A stretch of DNA of 64,000 nt from Octopus sinensis (Eukaryota): contig NC_042997.1 in the NCBI RefSeq assembly GCF_006345805.1, forward strand, positions 35,712,001 through 35,776,000. Reading direction: 5' to 3'. The position numbers were made by a program, and so were the translations under genes. The notes beneath the pieces were generated by a model. That model had not been told where the DNA came from. It ran no database searches and saw only the letters and a program-made list of their open reading frames with translations. Of the stretch, positions 38,641 to 52,796 are shown in pieces (position 1 is the stretch's first letter; every line of letters begins with the position of its first letter).

Positions 38641-41600
38641 TATATATTTTAAAATAAAATACTGTGTGAAACATACACGGAGAGTAAACCACCATGTTGA
38701 ATTCTTACATGGTAAAAATTGCAGTCAAAGCACGAAAGAATATTCTTACATTAATCCCTGTGTTTTAAAGTAATAATAACTACGTATCATAACTATTCAG
38801 AAAGATGAGAAGTTCCCACCTTGCCCAGGTTTGTTATATATAATCATGTTCATTCACTATATTTTAAATAAACTGCAATGAGAAAAACTGACAGTCTTCA
38901 TTTATTCATGAAATGTTGCTGCATTTAATCACATTAGTCGCCGTTCGTTTAAATTTAGATTTTGTATATCTCATCAAATAAAGGGTTTCTATGAAAATTT
39001 GCGCCTAGATTTTATCTTCTAATGTAATTATTGTACAACATAGTGTATACGGCATTCTTAACTTTTTTCTGTCTAGATCTAAAATAATTTCATTAAAAGT
39101 CATATGGCCTAAAACCATTAAGTGAAAATTAAGCCTCTACACAGTTGAAGCAAATCAAGTCGGGAACTAGCACCTACAACTTGAAACATACATACGTAGA
39201 AGTCCTTATATTTTCTCTCTTCATGTTATCTGAGTGAATTCGGTGACGGTGAAGATCGGTTTGTTGCTGTTCTCAAAAGCCTGCTATTAGGTTGTTCTCT
39301 CTTAAGCCAGCCCATAATTCTGCGAAGTAAAGTATCTACTCAATCCGTCCTACCAGACTTCTTTCTTTCTGTCTCCCAGGGTGTCGCTCTGCTGAAGGCT
39401 TCCCCTTGTCAAATAATGCCATATGAAGAGGCGGTTCTCTAGTATTGATAATTTCGCGCACAATTATGTTATCATACATTCTATATATGTCTGTATGATG
39501 CTTTTCCTACTTCCTTTTAGTCACATTTATTTACCAACATATGTTTCGTTTCATTATAAGCAGGACCGGATTTAAAGCCTTTTAATCTATCGTGTTGTTT
39601 TCCCCACATGATGTAATTGTGGCTCCTTAATATTTACAAGTAACTACCGGCTTCTAATCAATGCCATTAAATCTCCTGTTATAAATTAGGTGCATTTTAT
39701 TTCTCATAGCCAAGTCCTAAACAAAGGCAGTACCGTACAAGATATATTAGCAGTTGTTCAATTTAGGTATCTTGATTATGTTCTTATATGCAGAAAGACG
39801 TCAAAATATATGTACATGTATCACCTTAATATTTACTTATCAGTATAAGTTGTAAACGTTATGAATTCTCTGCCAATATTATGCATCAGAAGTGAATTTA
39901 GTCAGGTACTCTCTGTTTATTTGTTTTCTTCCCAAGCTAGTTCTAGACTCGTTTTATCTCATTAATATTAAATATATTGACATCACACCGTTGTTTCTAG
40001 AAGGATTGTGTCATCTGCATAAGGGATGTTGTTGCGTATTTATCTTTTCATATGTATGTATTGTAGATGTTCAATGACATGCATAATTGTTTTAATGTTT
40101 ATTAGAACATTATTAGTGATAATACGCGATACACATGTACCTGTCTTAATTTTAGTCATATTATCCAGCTTCACTTATTCTGTCGTTTGTTGTTAATATA
40201 TATTTTCCCTTGTTCACGAATAATCTGTGATTTACTACACTAATTGAACATACACACAACATTTATATTACATTTTAACATTCTAAGAATGTATTCATAT
40301 ATGAATATGCAAAAAGCCGAAAATTTTCACTGCCATTTTAGCATAAGATAATTTTAAAAAATAACAGATATTGCAGAGTCTTTTCACAAATAATGAGAAC
40401 ATAACTCAGATATATAACATATATCAATAACTCTCGTAAGAATAGATACTAAGTAATTAAAGTGATTAAGAATCTAAACTATCCTATTACGCATTACATA
40501 TTTGAAAAACCTGTCTCTTTCTGATACTTATGTATATCTCTAGATAATTTGAAGATTAATAAGTGCACGAAGACAGTAGACATATGCTTCAGACATTTAC
40601 ATATATTCTGAATAAACGCAAAAGAAAATGAAAGTAAGGGATCTACTGTGGTTTGTTGCACAGCACTACTTGAGTCCCCACAACATAGAGTGCACTACTA
40701 GATTCTTTGACAATGGTTCAGTTATCAACACAGACACTGACTAACTGACACCTTTCTTTTTTGGAATCTGTATTCATTGAACTTGGGCCTACAGGAAACA
40801 GTAATTGTCCATCTAAAACCTCCACTCTACTGCGTAGTTAATACACTAGTTTATATAAATATTTGGTCAAAAGTTTTGGTCCTGTACATCTATCTGCTTC
40901 TGTTTTATCAGAACAGTAAATAATAGTGATGATCAAAATATGCATCTGTTTGCATCAACAACTGAGTGCAGCATCTATGTATTATAGGTAATGTTCCTCT
41001 TGCTTTAACTACACAGAAATTTTACTACCATTTTCCTACACTGACTTAATTACAAATGAAAATAATTTCTCAATAAAATAAAAATTTAATCTAATTGGTA
41101 TGGTATAATAAAAAAAAACGATCAGAGTTTTGGATCACGCGGCCATATATGTTACATTTATAAATCCTCAACGACCGCTTTTAATAAGATGACTGTCAGT
41201 ACTCATTAACAATATTACAATTGCTTACTATAAAATGTTTACAAACCTTTATAATATTTTGTTTTAGTTCTGCAGTGAAATCGATTTTTGAAAACAAATT
41301 ACGTTTCATCAATCAACTGCAAATATCAATGATTTCATTAATTAGAAAGGATGCCGATCTCAGAATCGCTTCAGATAGAGTTTCCTTTTATGTTCTATGT
41401 TTTATATTGTATTTTGAATTTTCCTATTTTATTCACTATCACGCCATTAGCAACACTCGAAAATAAATGACATTGATTGCATTTCTTTTAAACTTTTGTT
41501 CTCGAATGGATAGAACTAATGATGCTACTATTGCAGTTTTTCGACAAACACTACTACCATTGCTATGGCGATATGATTGTTATTATTAATATTAATAATC

Positions 41601-42686
41601 GTTATGTTTTCAATACGGGGAAGGCTATGGTTCGTTCTGAATTTACTCGTCATCTATTTGAAGCTAAGAAAAAATACTGCAAGTTATAAAATTAGTTCAA
41701 TAGATTATACACTACCATATATAAAATGAGTTACGTCAATGTCAGATCCCACAAGCATTTGCATAGCTGCTATTTATATAGATAATATTACTATTGTCCT
41801 TTTTTCTGACTTGTATTATAAACAAAGTGCATATGTCATTTACTTTTATTAGCTAGCCATTTTTCCTCACTCATCAGCGATCTAACAATGAGGTTATGCA
41901 TCCAGTGATTGACATTAGCTATATATTTTTTGTCATTTCTCTTGATTTCATAACGTGATAAATATCCGGACTCTAATTTAGTATATGTCGTTATAGGTCT
42001 ACCAGAAAGCTGGCGCAGTATATTTAGTAGTTCCAGTTTCTGTGAGTGTGATTAATATGATTGTGAGATGACTGGCTTTGGTTTTCATTTTTATTTTTAC
42101 TTCGTTTGAGCTGTGAGCGTGGTATTTAATTACTACAAATCTCGTCTTCCTTATAAATCGTTTTTTTAGCGTGGCTTGTGTATTCTATACTTTGTGTAGT
42201 GTTGTGGCTGACTAACGTTGGTGTATTCAGATGTTTCTAGTACATGAGTGATTAAATGTAACTTGTTTGAATTTTTGTTTATAATCAAAATATAAAATAC
42301 AAAAGAAAGAAAAAAAAACACTAGAAAGGCAGATTTTATATTTGTCTATTTCTTTATTTCTGTGATTTATATTTTCATTATAATTTTATTCGTCTGTCGC
42401 TATAACTGTCGGTTTGGTTTCGTGCGCAAACTTCTGAAAACGATACACTGCTCTGGGTATATATTCTCATACTGACAGCAGAAATGCCAGCAGGATCTAC
42501 CGAAGGTCTTAGTTAAACAGTAATCTTAGGATGCGCATTTGATCTCTTGGATGTAGAATAATGTTTATGCATCTCACCAATGTAGTACAAGTGTAAAGAT
42601 GACTCGAAACAACTGTAGTAATTTTAAATAATGTTTTCATTCAATTTCCTGTAATTTATGCTGTTATCAGTTAATCAGTCAGTTGA

Positions 42687-42832
<146 letters not shown>

Positions 42833-42920
42833 GTACAAGCATGCGTACACACATCTACGTATGTATGTGATCGTGTGCGTGTATGTATGATGTATTTTAC
42901 AGATACACATAGAGAGAGGA

Positions 42921-42975
<55 letters not shown>

Positions 42976-44298
42976 TTAAACCAAATATTCTCATCAGGTT
43001 CGTATTAGTTTGCCACGCTATTTATGTATGCGTATTGTACTGTAAGGTCAGCGTATCAAATTTGGCAACTCTGTGACTACGGCCTGCACATTTACAAGTG
43101 ATTTGTGGTAAAATGTTGAAGTAGGAGAATAAATATAAACACATTTCACATTAAATGATTACGCAGAGAAGATTATCTCTCATACTTACAATAATGATTC
43201 TAGCAAAGGTGTAAAATTTCAGTTCTTAACTATAAGTACACACAATTTAAAGCCAAGAGAAATAAATACAAAAGCTTCTTTTTGAATTTTTTTTGATATT
43301 ATCATTTCATACAATTCTTAGTGGGTATTACTTCAATGTACACCCATATGTATTTCAACCAATTCTGAATGAAACAGGTATGAGGATATCTCACATTTGT
43401 TAGTTTATTATCACATTATAGAATATAACCAAATTACAAATGCAAGCTGTAAAATGCATTAACAATATGGTCAATATATTCACCAATATCCCCGTCAATT
43501 GAGAGCATTACGCCACAGATTATTTCAGTCTACTCTAGTACCTCTATGTATACACAAAGACACAAACACACATACACACACACACGCTTGCGCGCACATA
43601 CGTATGTATGTGTGTATGTATGCAAGTAAGTAAATATGTAAAAATTCATGCATATACACAAACACACACTTGTAATTGCATGCATATATAGTGAAACATA
43701 GATGTCTGAACATTAAATATGAGATAAATTATCCGCAACTAATTATGGTGATTGCAATTTTTTTCACATCATCGCCATTTACATCACGAATTTTATGTTC
43801 ATGGAATAATGAATAATCGAGTTTTAAGTTTGAAATAATGGATTTGGCGATCATTTTTTTGAAAGACAAGCAGCACGTCTAACCATGTATAGATATACAA
43901 ATTTATAGTTATATAATTTTTAAAAATGAAGCTGCAATTAGGACCGTTTTACAAATATTAACTGTGTATAAATTACTGGCCAATATTTTAATTTCTAAAA
44001 TTCGAGTAACTACATGTTATACCCGTTCTCCTTTGGTCCTATTTTGATTACTTACTACTACTGTCTACTTAAAATTGTGGTGATACTAATTACGGAATGT
44101 TAATTATACAAGGACATGATTGCGGTATTTTGCCGATTATATTACTTAGATGATGTAATGACACGAAATATTTAATGTGAAATATTGTTTATATTTCAGA
44201 GTGTGACGTAGTAAGTATGAATTAAATTTCTCGTATTAAATCTATTGATGACATTTTTGAATTTATGGCCTCATATGCACACACACACACACAGAGAC

Positions 44299-44402
<104 letters not shown>

Positions 44403-44766
44403 AAGAGAAAAAAACGACTAGTTTGAAATCTCTGAGCGAGAAATATGTAGCAACATTTTAAAGTAAAGTCTGTTTGCCAACGTAAGGTAGCAGTCCTGAT
44501 TAAAACAAGGTTACTAATGTTTAGCACCAGGAAAATATCTTTTCCAGCTGGCTACCGACACATCATGTGTGTCCGTACACTGTGAGCAACGGCGCTAACG
44601 CTCCACCTCCCGCTTTATTGATAGCTGCAGGCGTAATTTTTCTGGTGAATTTCCCATCCTCGGTACAGGACAATCGTTGGCTAGAGATGGCAGCCGCTCG
44701 ATCTAGCTCACAGTATATACATTTAAAGAGAGAGAGAGAGAGAGAGAGATTGATAGATAGAGAGAG

Positions 44767-44814
<48 letters not shown>

Positions 44815-44919
44815 TAATCATATATATATATACATATATATATATGTATATACATATATATATGTATGGGTATATACACATATGGGTATGCATATCTATA
44901 TACACGCATATGTATAGAT

Positions 44920-45106
44920 CGGTAGCCACTACACACATCTTTTCTATCCTTGTTTCTCTCCTTGTTTTTTTCTGTGTCTCTTTCTGTAGAAGAGCGTAGG
45001 CTAGAAACATAAGACTTTTTCTATTCCTGAGCGTTATACTAATACATCTGTTTGTTTTGTACAACACTTGTCTTCGTCTTTTGTTTTTTTTTTCGTAATA
45101 TCTCCC

Positions 45107-45108
<2 letters not shown>
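44920..45108 (+). mobile_element. Short repeat, probably Penelope-like terminus (second copy), containing a hammerhead-like motif
   Basis: Reverse-complement homolog of 23143-23345; CTGTAGAAGAGCGTAGGCTAGAAACATAAGAC at 44984-45015. Confidence 0.6.
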
Positions 45109-45142
<34 letters not shown>

Positions 45143-45752
45143 ATGTATGTATGTATGTATATTTATATATATGTATGTATATTTATATATATGTATATAC
45201 ATGTAAGTGTGTATTTATATATGCATAGTTATATGTATATTTAAATACACTGACACACTTCATTATACAGTTTCCTGTTATCTGTCTAGACAATACTTGA
45301 TGTTTCAAAATTGCTAATTGATTATAATTGTTCCTTTCAGAATACAGTGTACTAATTTTTAGCAACTAGCCATGCTGCAAACGACAACAGCAATAGAGTT
45401 CATAGATTTTTTTTTTTAAATGCGTATTGTGTGGGAACCTGAGGATGTATTTAGCCAGCGTAGTCTTCAGTTACCTCTTGCCGCTGTCAAGAAGGTGGTT
45501 TTACTGTTTACCAACAAAGGAATCAACAGTACCCCGCTCTATTTTACCTAGGTCCCTCTTGAAGATATACTCCGGTTTTCCAGTGGATTTTTAAAGACAA
45601 TCTGCTGTAGAATGAGGATTATTATTAGCATTAAGGATGATCACATAATTGAACTTAGATTCAGCAACTTAATTGATACGATAAAACATACATTTTATCT
45701 TGATGACGATACTAAACTAAAATTATGTAGTATCGGTTTTCCATACATTGCT

Positions 45753-45788
<36 letters not shown>

Positions 45789-46359
45789 ATATATATATAA
45801 AGAGATAACCTTGTACGTTTGCGTAGTGCTGAATAGTAAAATGAGATTTTTTATCTGCATTGATTTGTAGGTATAAATTATATAGTGCATAGCATGCATG
45901 ATTATGTACAAACATGTAAACATAACTTATTATACATCGAAAGAAGAGTGCGAAATGGCTGTAATCCTAATAACGACAAGTGGTTAGATAAATGTATTCA
46001 ACATTCAACCTCCTGACTTTTTATGACTTCTATGTGTATGTATATATATCTATCAATTTAACTCTCTCTCTCTCTCCATCTATCAATAGAGCGTGTATTT
46101 TTGTGTATATGTGTGAGTTTTCGTTTGAATGAGTGGGTGAGAACGTGAATATCATCCACACAATTGTATTGATATCATTTCATCAAACGTTAGGCAAACG
46201 ATTGAGTGAAAGATTCATTTCTTCCGATAAATTATTTAAATTTTATTTAGTTTCACTCTTTCAAGTTTGTTTTTGCTCAAATGCTCATCCGGAAAAACGT
46301 AATAAACACTTAAGCACTCAAGACGTGTACACACGCAGAACCACATACACACACGCATA

Positions 46360-46429
<70 letters not shown>

Positions 46430-46835
46430 GACACACGTACATATACACATATGTAGACAAACGGTCATGACTAATGATTTTGGCAAACACCGTTTGTTTT
46501 TGCTATTTCATGTGAAATATTATATGAATGTTAATGATTTAGTATTATTTGATAAGGCTATTTGTTATCCAATAAGATTTGAAAGAAAAACTGTTGAAAA
46601 TGATAGGTATTGGAAATAATAATCAATTTGCGGAATTGGTTATATTTCCCACAAGTGGAAATCACATTCCTCTTCATAATTCCAATTAGAATTGCATGTA
46701 AGCAAATAATTAATAACGAGATCAGTAAGCAAATTTATGTATGATGTCATGAACATTTTGTGATTGATTTTAGTTAATGAACGCTCTTTTTCCTCGCAAA
46801 AGTTTCAGATTATCTTTTCTGTTATTGCAGATACG

Positions 46836-47030
46836 GTATTGGCAAAACAAAAACGTCAGTCAATAATTTGTTTCCATCAAAATGTCCTAATAACACAGGA
46901 TATTGTTGTTAAAGGCAATGCACCTCAAAGAACCGTGTGTAGGATTATAAAAACTTAGAAAAAAAAAACAAGATCCATGACAGTGAAGAAGGCCTCTGGT
47001 CGTCAACGTCTGATCTCTTACCGCCAAAAC
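46836..47030 (+). mobile_element. Tc1-like transposase N-terminal (HTH) relic
   Basis: LAKQKRQSIICFHQ...QRTVCRIIKT*...KKASGRQRLIS resembles the Tc1 pattern R..II.....TV.RII.....SGRPR..S. Confidence 0.55.
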
Positions 47031-48675
47031 GGCTTTGGTGAGAAATTCATATTTATATATTTTTGGTGCAAAATAACGATTTGCCAAAGTCTTTGGCTAC
47101 GACTGTACAAACACACATCTACATACGAGCACAAAAGAAACTGGTAAAAGATATTACATGCTTCATGTAATACCTGAGTGTTCCAGTAATGTAACAGCTT
47201 TATATTTAGGTGTTTCGCACAAGCAATCAACACAATTCTGTTTATTTAATTCCTTAACCCTTACGTTTGAAGTTAAATGAGATGGTTCCAACGCTTTATA
47301 CACAGTTTCTAACTTCCAAATTCTTACCCCGTATTTTTGCAAATTCATAACCATATTGTTGTTGTGCAGGAATCTGATTGATGCTAATTAGCTTGTCCAT
47401 ATGATTCACTTCGCCCACTTGTTAGCAATTCACGTGAGCGCTTGCCGATGGCGGTTAGCAGTATTTGTAGTGTTAGATTCATTTTGTTCAATATTTTTAA
47501 TCGATCTAAGCAAATATTTCTTTTCATTCATGCTATATCTGTAAAGAAGCTTAGCCTTGTAACGTTGACGATACTTCTACTTTCGCCCCCATCAGCTGAG
47601 GTCTCAGCGAAAAGTACTTTGAAAACATTTGGATGCTATTAAGTTGCTATAGATTGAGTGATGTCAAACCAATATTTGTAACTTGAAAATCTGTATTAGT
47701 AAAAATGTTACACCCACATTTGTCTCCTGTAGAACCCTCATGTATAATCAAAAAATGAGTTTGATAGTGTATCTTTTGTTTGCTTATTGCATCACTTCAG
47801 TTTAAATCTCGCTCAAATCAACTATCTCTACACGGGAATGATGCAAACCAAATATTGGGTTTCATGTTATTGAAAAAAAAATTATTCAAAGCCATGATCC
47901 CGGCTTGTAACAGTATTATGATGTAAGGAAGTAAAAAAATAAAATAATATATTTAGCTGATAAAGATGAAATCCAGAAATGCGATTGGGGAACTTGGAAG
48001 AGTTAAATGAAATGACAGCATCATTCGATTAGAAAAAAAATTAAATGCAACAAAATAACTCAAATATTTGTAGGAAGTACGTCAGTGCGAAAATCTCTTT
48101 TGCAAATATGAAAAATATTTGAATGTATACACTTTCGAAAAGCTGTATGTATCTAATATATCTTCAGAAATATAATGTTGGAAACGTGACACGATAGAGA
48201 AACGTATATGAATTCTTAGAATACCTAAGCTGGAAAAAAGAAAAAATATTCCATCTCAAACTTAAATTATTTATCGTTATTTTGAAATCTTTAAGGCTAT
48301 TTTTTGATTGAAGCTAAAGTTTGAAAGCGAAAGAAGAATGTTTCGTGATATGAAGGAAACAACACAGACGAAGAGTAAAATAATTCGGATATATCACATG
48401 CAATCTAATATAAAGATGATCAAAATTTCTTGGATGAGATAGTCACCCGAGGAGATGATGTAGAGGGAAATAACAAAATCAAAATAAGAAAAGAAAAAAA
48501 GATTTTACAAACAGTATATATCTTTAAAAGTAAGCAAACAGATATCTCTGATGATAAAAATAATCATTTACTTCAACAACTGTGATAGGTATGGTACAAG
48601 AAGTTCAATAAATAAGTGCAAACTGAGATATTTCTACTTTGGTGAACATTGTTGAAACACATTAACATGGCTATT

Positions 48676-48677
48676 AT

Positions 48678-48747
<70 letters not shown>

Positions 48748-48814
48748 ACTACTACTACTACTACTACTATAACTACTACTGCAACTAATAATAATAATAA
48801 TAATAATAATAATG

Positions 48815-48867
<53 letters not shown>

Positions 48868-48868
48868 C
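48676..48868. repeat. (ACT)n(GCT)n(AAT)n compound microsatellite
   Basis: Direct reading. Confidence 0.95.
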
Positions 48869-49354
48869 ATATCTGCAACATATGTTGCCAAGCATGAAAA
48901 ATAAACGATACGAAATGAGAAATATAATTGAGCGCATATGTAGTGTTTTACTTGTTTATGTTGTAGCTTTACTGTTATTTTTAATGTTTATTTTCTTTAT
49001 TTGCTGGCTGTTTGTAGATGCTTGATCAGTTTCACTTCTGACAGCGTTAAATTTCCCAGAAAACAGCATAATAATTGAGAAAATACATCACCAATAAATA
49101 CCAAAAAAGAAGAACCAATTCAGAAAAATGTAAGACATTCGCTGAACGTATATAGAAAGAAGAAATTCAAGTCGTTTTCAATTATTTAAAGAAAAAAAAA
49201 ACCACAACATAAACACAAATATAAGAAATTATTTATGCAAATATATATAAAAAACATAAAGGAAATATTAAGTTGTGTAACCTGATTTAATGGGAACTTT
49301 AAAGTAAATATAAATATTAAGAAATGATACACTATCATACGCTACCACTTATAT

Positions 49355-49377
49355 ATGTATATATATATATATTTACT

Positions 49378-49438
<61 letters not shown>

Positions 49439-49463
49439 ATATATTATATATACATATATATAT

Positions 49464-49507
<44 letters not shown>

Positions 49508-49614
49508 TATATACATATATATATATTATATATATGTATATATTATATATATATATATACAATATATATATATATATATTATATATATATATATTATATA
49601 TAATATATATATAT

Positions 49615-49648
<34 letters not shown>

Positions 49649-49662
49649 CATATATACATACA

Positions 49663-49710
<48 letters not shown>

Positions 49711-49745
49711 TGTATGTATGTATGTATGTATATACATACGTATAT
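49355..49745. repeat. Long degenerate (TA)n microsatellite
   Basis: Direct reading. Confidence 0.95.
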
Positions 49746-50044
49746 ATGTATATACTCGCAAACACACACGAGCACATCGATATGTATTCATACGTACATA
49801 GATATACGAAAACATTTATTCTAACATAATATTTATTTACAAATAAATATTTGGGACACATTTATTGTAAATTATGGAGCAATTTAACAGTGACATTATA
49901 TGAATGAGGAGATTTTAATATGAATGAATTCCATATTACATTCATAGGGATATCTCTATCTCCCCTTCTATAAAATAAGCACACACCGAATAAAAACATT
50001 TAAGTATGTTTGTGTGTATGTATATATATATATATAAACAGGTG

Positions 50045-50099
<55 letters not shown>

Positions 50100-50100
<1 letters not shown>

Positions 50101-50425
50101 GTAAAGATCCCCTTCCGTCACGAATTGTCATGGGATTGCTCCTAGGAATTTAGCCACCAAAGCACAAGTTCGGACAAGGTTGGTTATGGAAGGCCAGCAG
50201 TCGCCCAACCGTACCAGCCTCCCCTCTACACGATACTCATGTCATCCATGGAAAAGGCAAAGGCCGTTTCAGCTTGGTGCCAGGGATTTATCGCAAGTCA
50301 TTTCTATAGCTGTTGAAATGGACCAACGGCAAAAGAAAAGCCTTGCGCAGCTACACAATTCAACATACCACCCGGTATAGGAATCGTACTCGCTTCCTCA
50401 TGATTCTAAGAGTGTCGCTCTATTC
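50100..50425 (-). mobile_element. tRNA-derived SINE (family of 15740-16005)
   Basis: Minus-strand head TAGAGCGACACTCTTAGAATCATGAGGAAGCGAGTACGATTCC; body aligns with 15920-15998. Confidence 0.75.
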
Positions 50426-50609
50426 ATTGAATCATATGTGTTCATATATATAAATATGTTATATGTGCGCGTATGTGTATGTGTGTGTGTATGCATATAC
50501 ATATATAAATATATATACCTAGACATACATATAAAGTAATGGCTTGTTGAGAACTTAGTGTAGCAGCCCCAGGAAAGGGAAGAATACTACTACTATTTAA
50601 CCCTGAGAA

Positions 50610-50650
<41 letters not shown>

Positions 50651-50659
50651 CATGTATCA

Positions 50660-51335
50660 TCATCATCATCATCATCGTCGTATAACGTCCGCTTTCCATT
50701 CTTGCATGGGTTGACGTTTCGACAGAGAGCTGGCAAACCAGGAGGCTGCATCAGGCTCCGATCTGACCAGCTAAAGCTTCTACAGCTGGATGCCCTTCTT
50801 AACGCCAACCACTCCGAGACTGCAGTGGCTGCTTTCTACGTGCCACCAGCACCGGACCAGTCAGCCAGCACTGGTATCGACGACACTCGAATGGTGCTTT
50901 TTACGTGTCACCGACACAGGACCAGTTAATCGGCACTGGCATCGACCACACACGAATGGTATATTTTCTGTGCCACAGTCACGAGTACCAATCAAACGGT
51001 ATTGTCCTCGACCACACCAATGACTTCACTTCAATTAACATGTCTTCTTAAATGTTCCGGTTAAACTGCACTGCGTGGGCCAGGTCTTCCCAAGCACAGC
51101 ATACTTCCAAGCGTTTCGGTCAATTTTCATCGCCTCCGTGATGCCCAGCATTCGAAGGTCGTGCTTCACCACCTCATCCAAAGACTTCCTGGGTTTACCT
51201 CTTCCACAGCTTCCCTCTACTGCTAGGGTTTAATATTTTTTACATAGGTGTCCTCATCCATACGAAACATATGACCACACCACCGCAGTTGTCTCTCTTG
51301 AATACCACATCTGATGCTTCTTAGGTCCAACTTCT
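50660..51335 (-). mobile_element. RTE-type LINE 3' end with 3' UTR and (GAT)n tail
   Basis: Minus-strand translation REKLDLRSIRCGIQERQLRWCGHMFRMDED..GRGKPRKSLDEVVKHDL. A 65-bp tandem repeat in the UTR; tail reads (TCA)n on plus. Confidence 0.85.
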
Positions 51336-51366
51336 CTCTGTCGTGTACATATAACAGTACACATCC

Positions 51367-51427
<61 letters not shown>

Positions 51428-51868
51428 GGTGTTATATATTTATATATTGGCGCTAAATGTGACTAGTGTGTCAGAACTATATTTCTAGAAATATGAAGTA
51501 AAATGCTCTCTAATGATGTCGTTAAAACACATAGTTTAATACATATGTACTGACACGGACCGTAATCCCCCGTCCCTATTGGTGAGGTTGTGAAATTAGA
51601 CTAAACTGAGAGATCAGTATATGGAACAATCTACCAGTTCTTTCGTGAGATTACAGCCTCTGTCAGTACATATGATTTAACTACAGCATTAGAGCTTTTG
51701 GGACCTTATTTCTGGCAATGTATGTGGTCTAAGACACTAGCCACTCTCTAGTGTCAATTGCGTTTTCCTTTTTCGAAAACATTGTACACATTTTGTATGC
51801 ACATAAATGTGCCAACGCTGGATAGACATACATTGCAGCAGCCATTGATAAACAAAATCGCCCATATA

Positions 51869-52263
51869 GGCGCAGGAGTGGCTGTGTGGTAAGTAGCTTG
51901 CTAACCAACCACATGGTTCCGGGTTCAGTCCCACTGCGTGGCATCTTGGGCAAGTGTCTTCTGCTATAGCACCGGGCCGACCAATGCCTTGTGAGTGGAT
52001 TTGGTAGACGGAAACTGAATGAAGCCTGTCGTATATATATGTATATATATATATATATGTTTGTGTGTCTGTGTTTGTCCCTGTAGCATTGCTTGACAAC
52101 CGATGCTGGTGTGTTTACGTCCCCGTCACTTAGCGGTTCGGCAAAAGAGACCGATAGAATAAGTACTGGGCTTACAAAGAATAAGTCCCGGGGTCGATTT
52201 GCTCGACTAAAGGCGGTGCTCCAGCATGGCCGCAGTCAAATGACTGAAACAAGTAAAAAAAAA
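51869..52263 (+). mobile_element. Full-length tRNA-derived SINE with internal (TA)/(TG) microsatellite
   Basis: A-box TGGCTGTGTGG, B-box GGTTCAGTCCC, CORE-like TTGGGCAAGTGTCTT, internal microsatellite 52031-52070, A-rich tail. Confidence 0.9.
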
Positions 52264-52419
52264 ATATGACCTTCCAAGGAAGAAGCAAATTCATTTTATC
52301 CTAAATCCAGACATATTGCTGATAAAACCCCTTAAATCATTTAAGATATTTACAGGACAAAACCTGATTTTTTTTTCTCTTTACGCCTCCACACTAATCT
52401 TATACAACCCGTTGACGAT

Positions 52420-52720
52420 CTTACCCTTGGCTTTATTCTCGACAATGATCCACAATACAGGAATTACATTTTTACGATCGTGAAGAAGGACGCTGATATT
52501 TTAGCAACAGTCGCTATGTCTTCTGTCAGCTATCTCATACTAAGTAGGACTATCTTCCGTTGTATTTCCATTCAGGAACCCAAATTGTCTCCCGAATATC
52601 GGTATGCAGCGAGGTCTCCCGATACATAGAATGTATACCGTCAATCACTAACCTTAACCGAATACATTCTAGGGTATCAGTACAAACTGCGTATACAATT
52701 CTCCTACCAGTCGGGGACAT
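52420..52720 (-). mobile_element. Possible very old CR1/L2 3' relic
   Basis: TLECIRLRLVID weakly resembles the TLE.RRL..DL C-terminal motif; heavily degraded. Confidence 0.25.
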
Positions 52721-52760
52721 GTATATAAAATAAAAACAAATACCTTGCATCACGAGTGAT

Positions 52761-52796
<36 letters not shown>

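Noticed and set aside
39358-39445. Strong acceptor CTTCTTTCTTTCTGTCTCCCAG|G
   Set aside because: All frames close within about 21 codons, no good donor follows, and the region looks like a decayed repeat.
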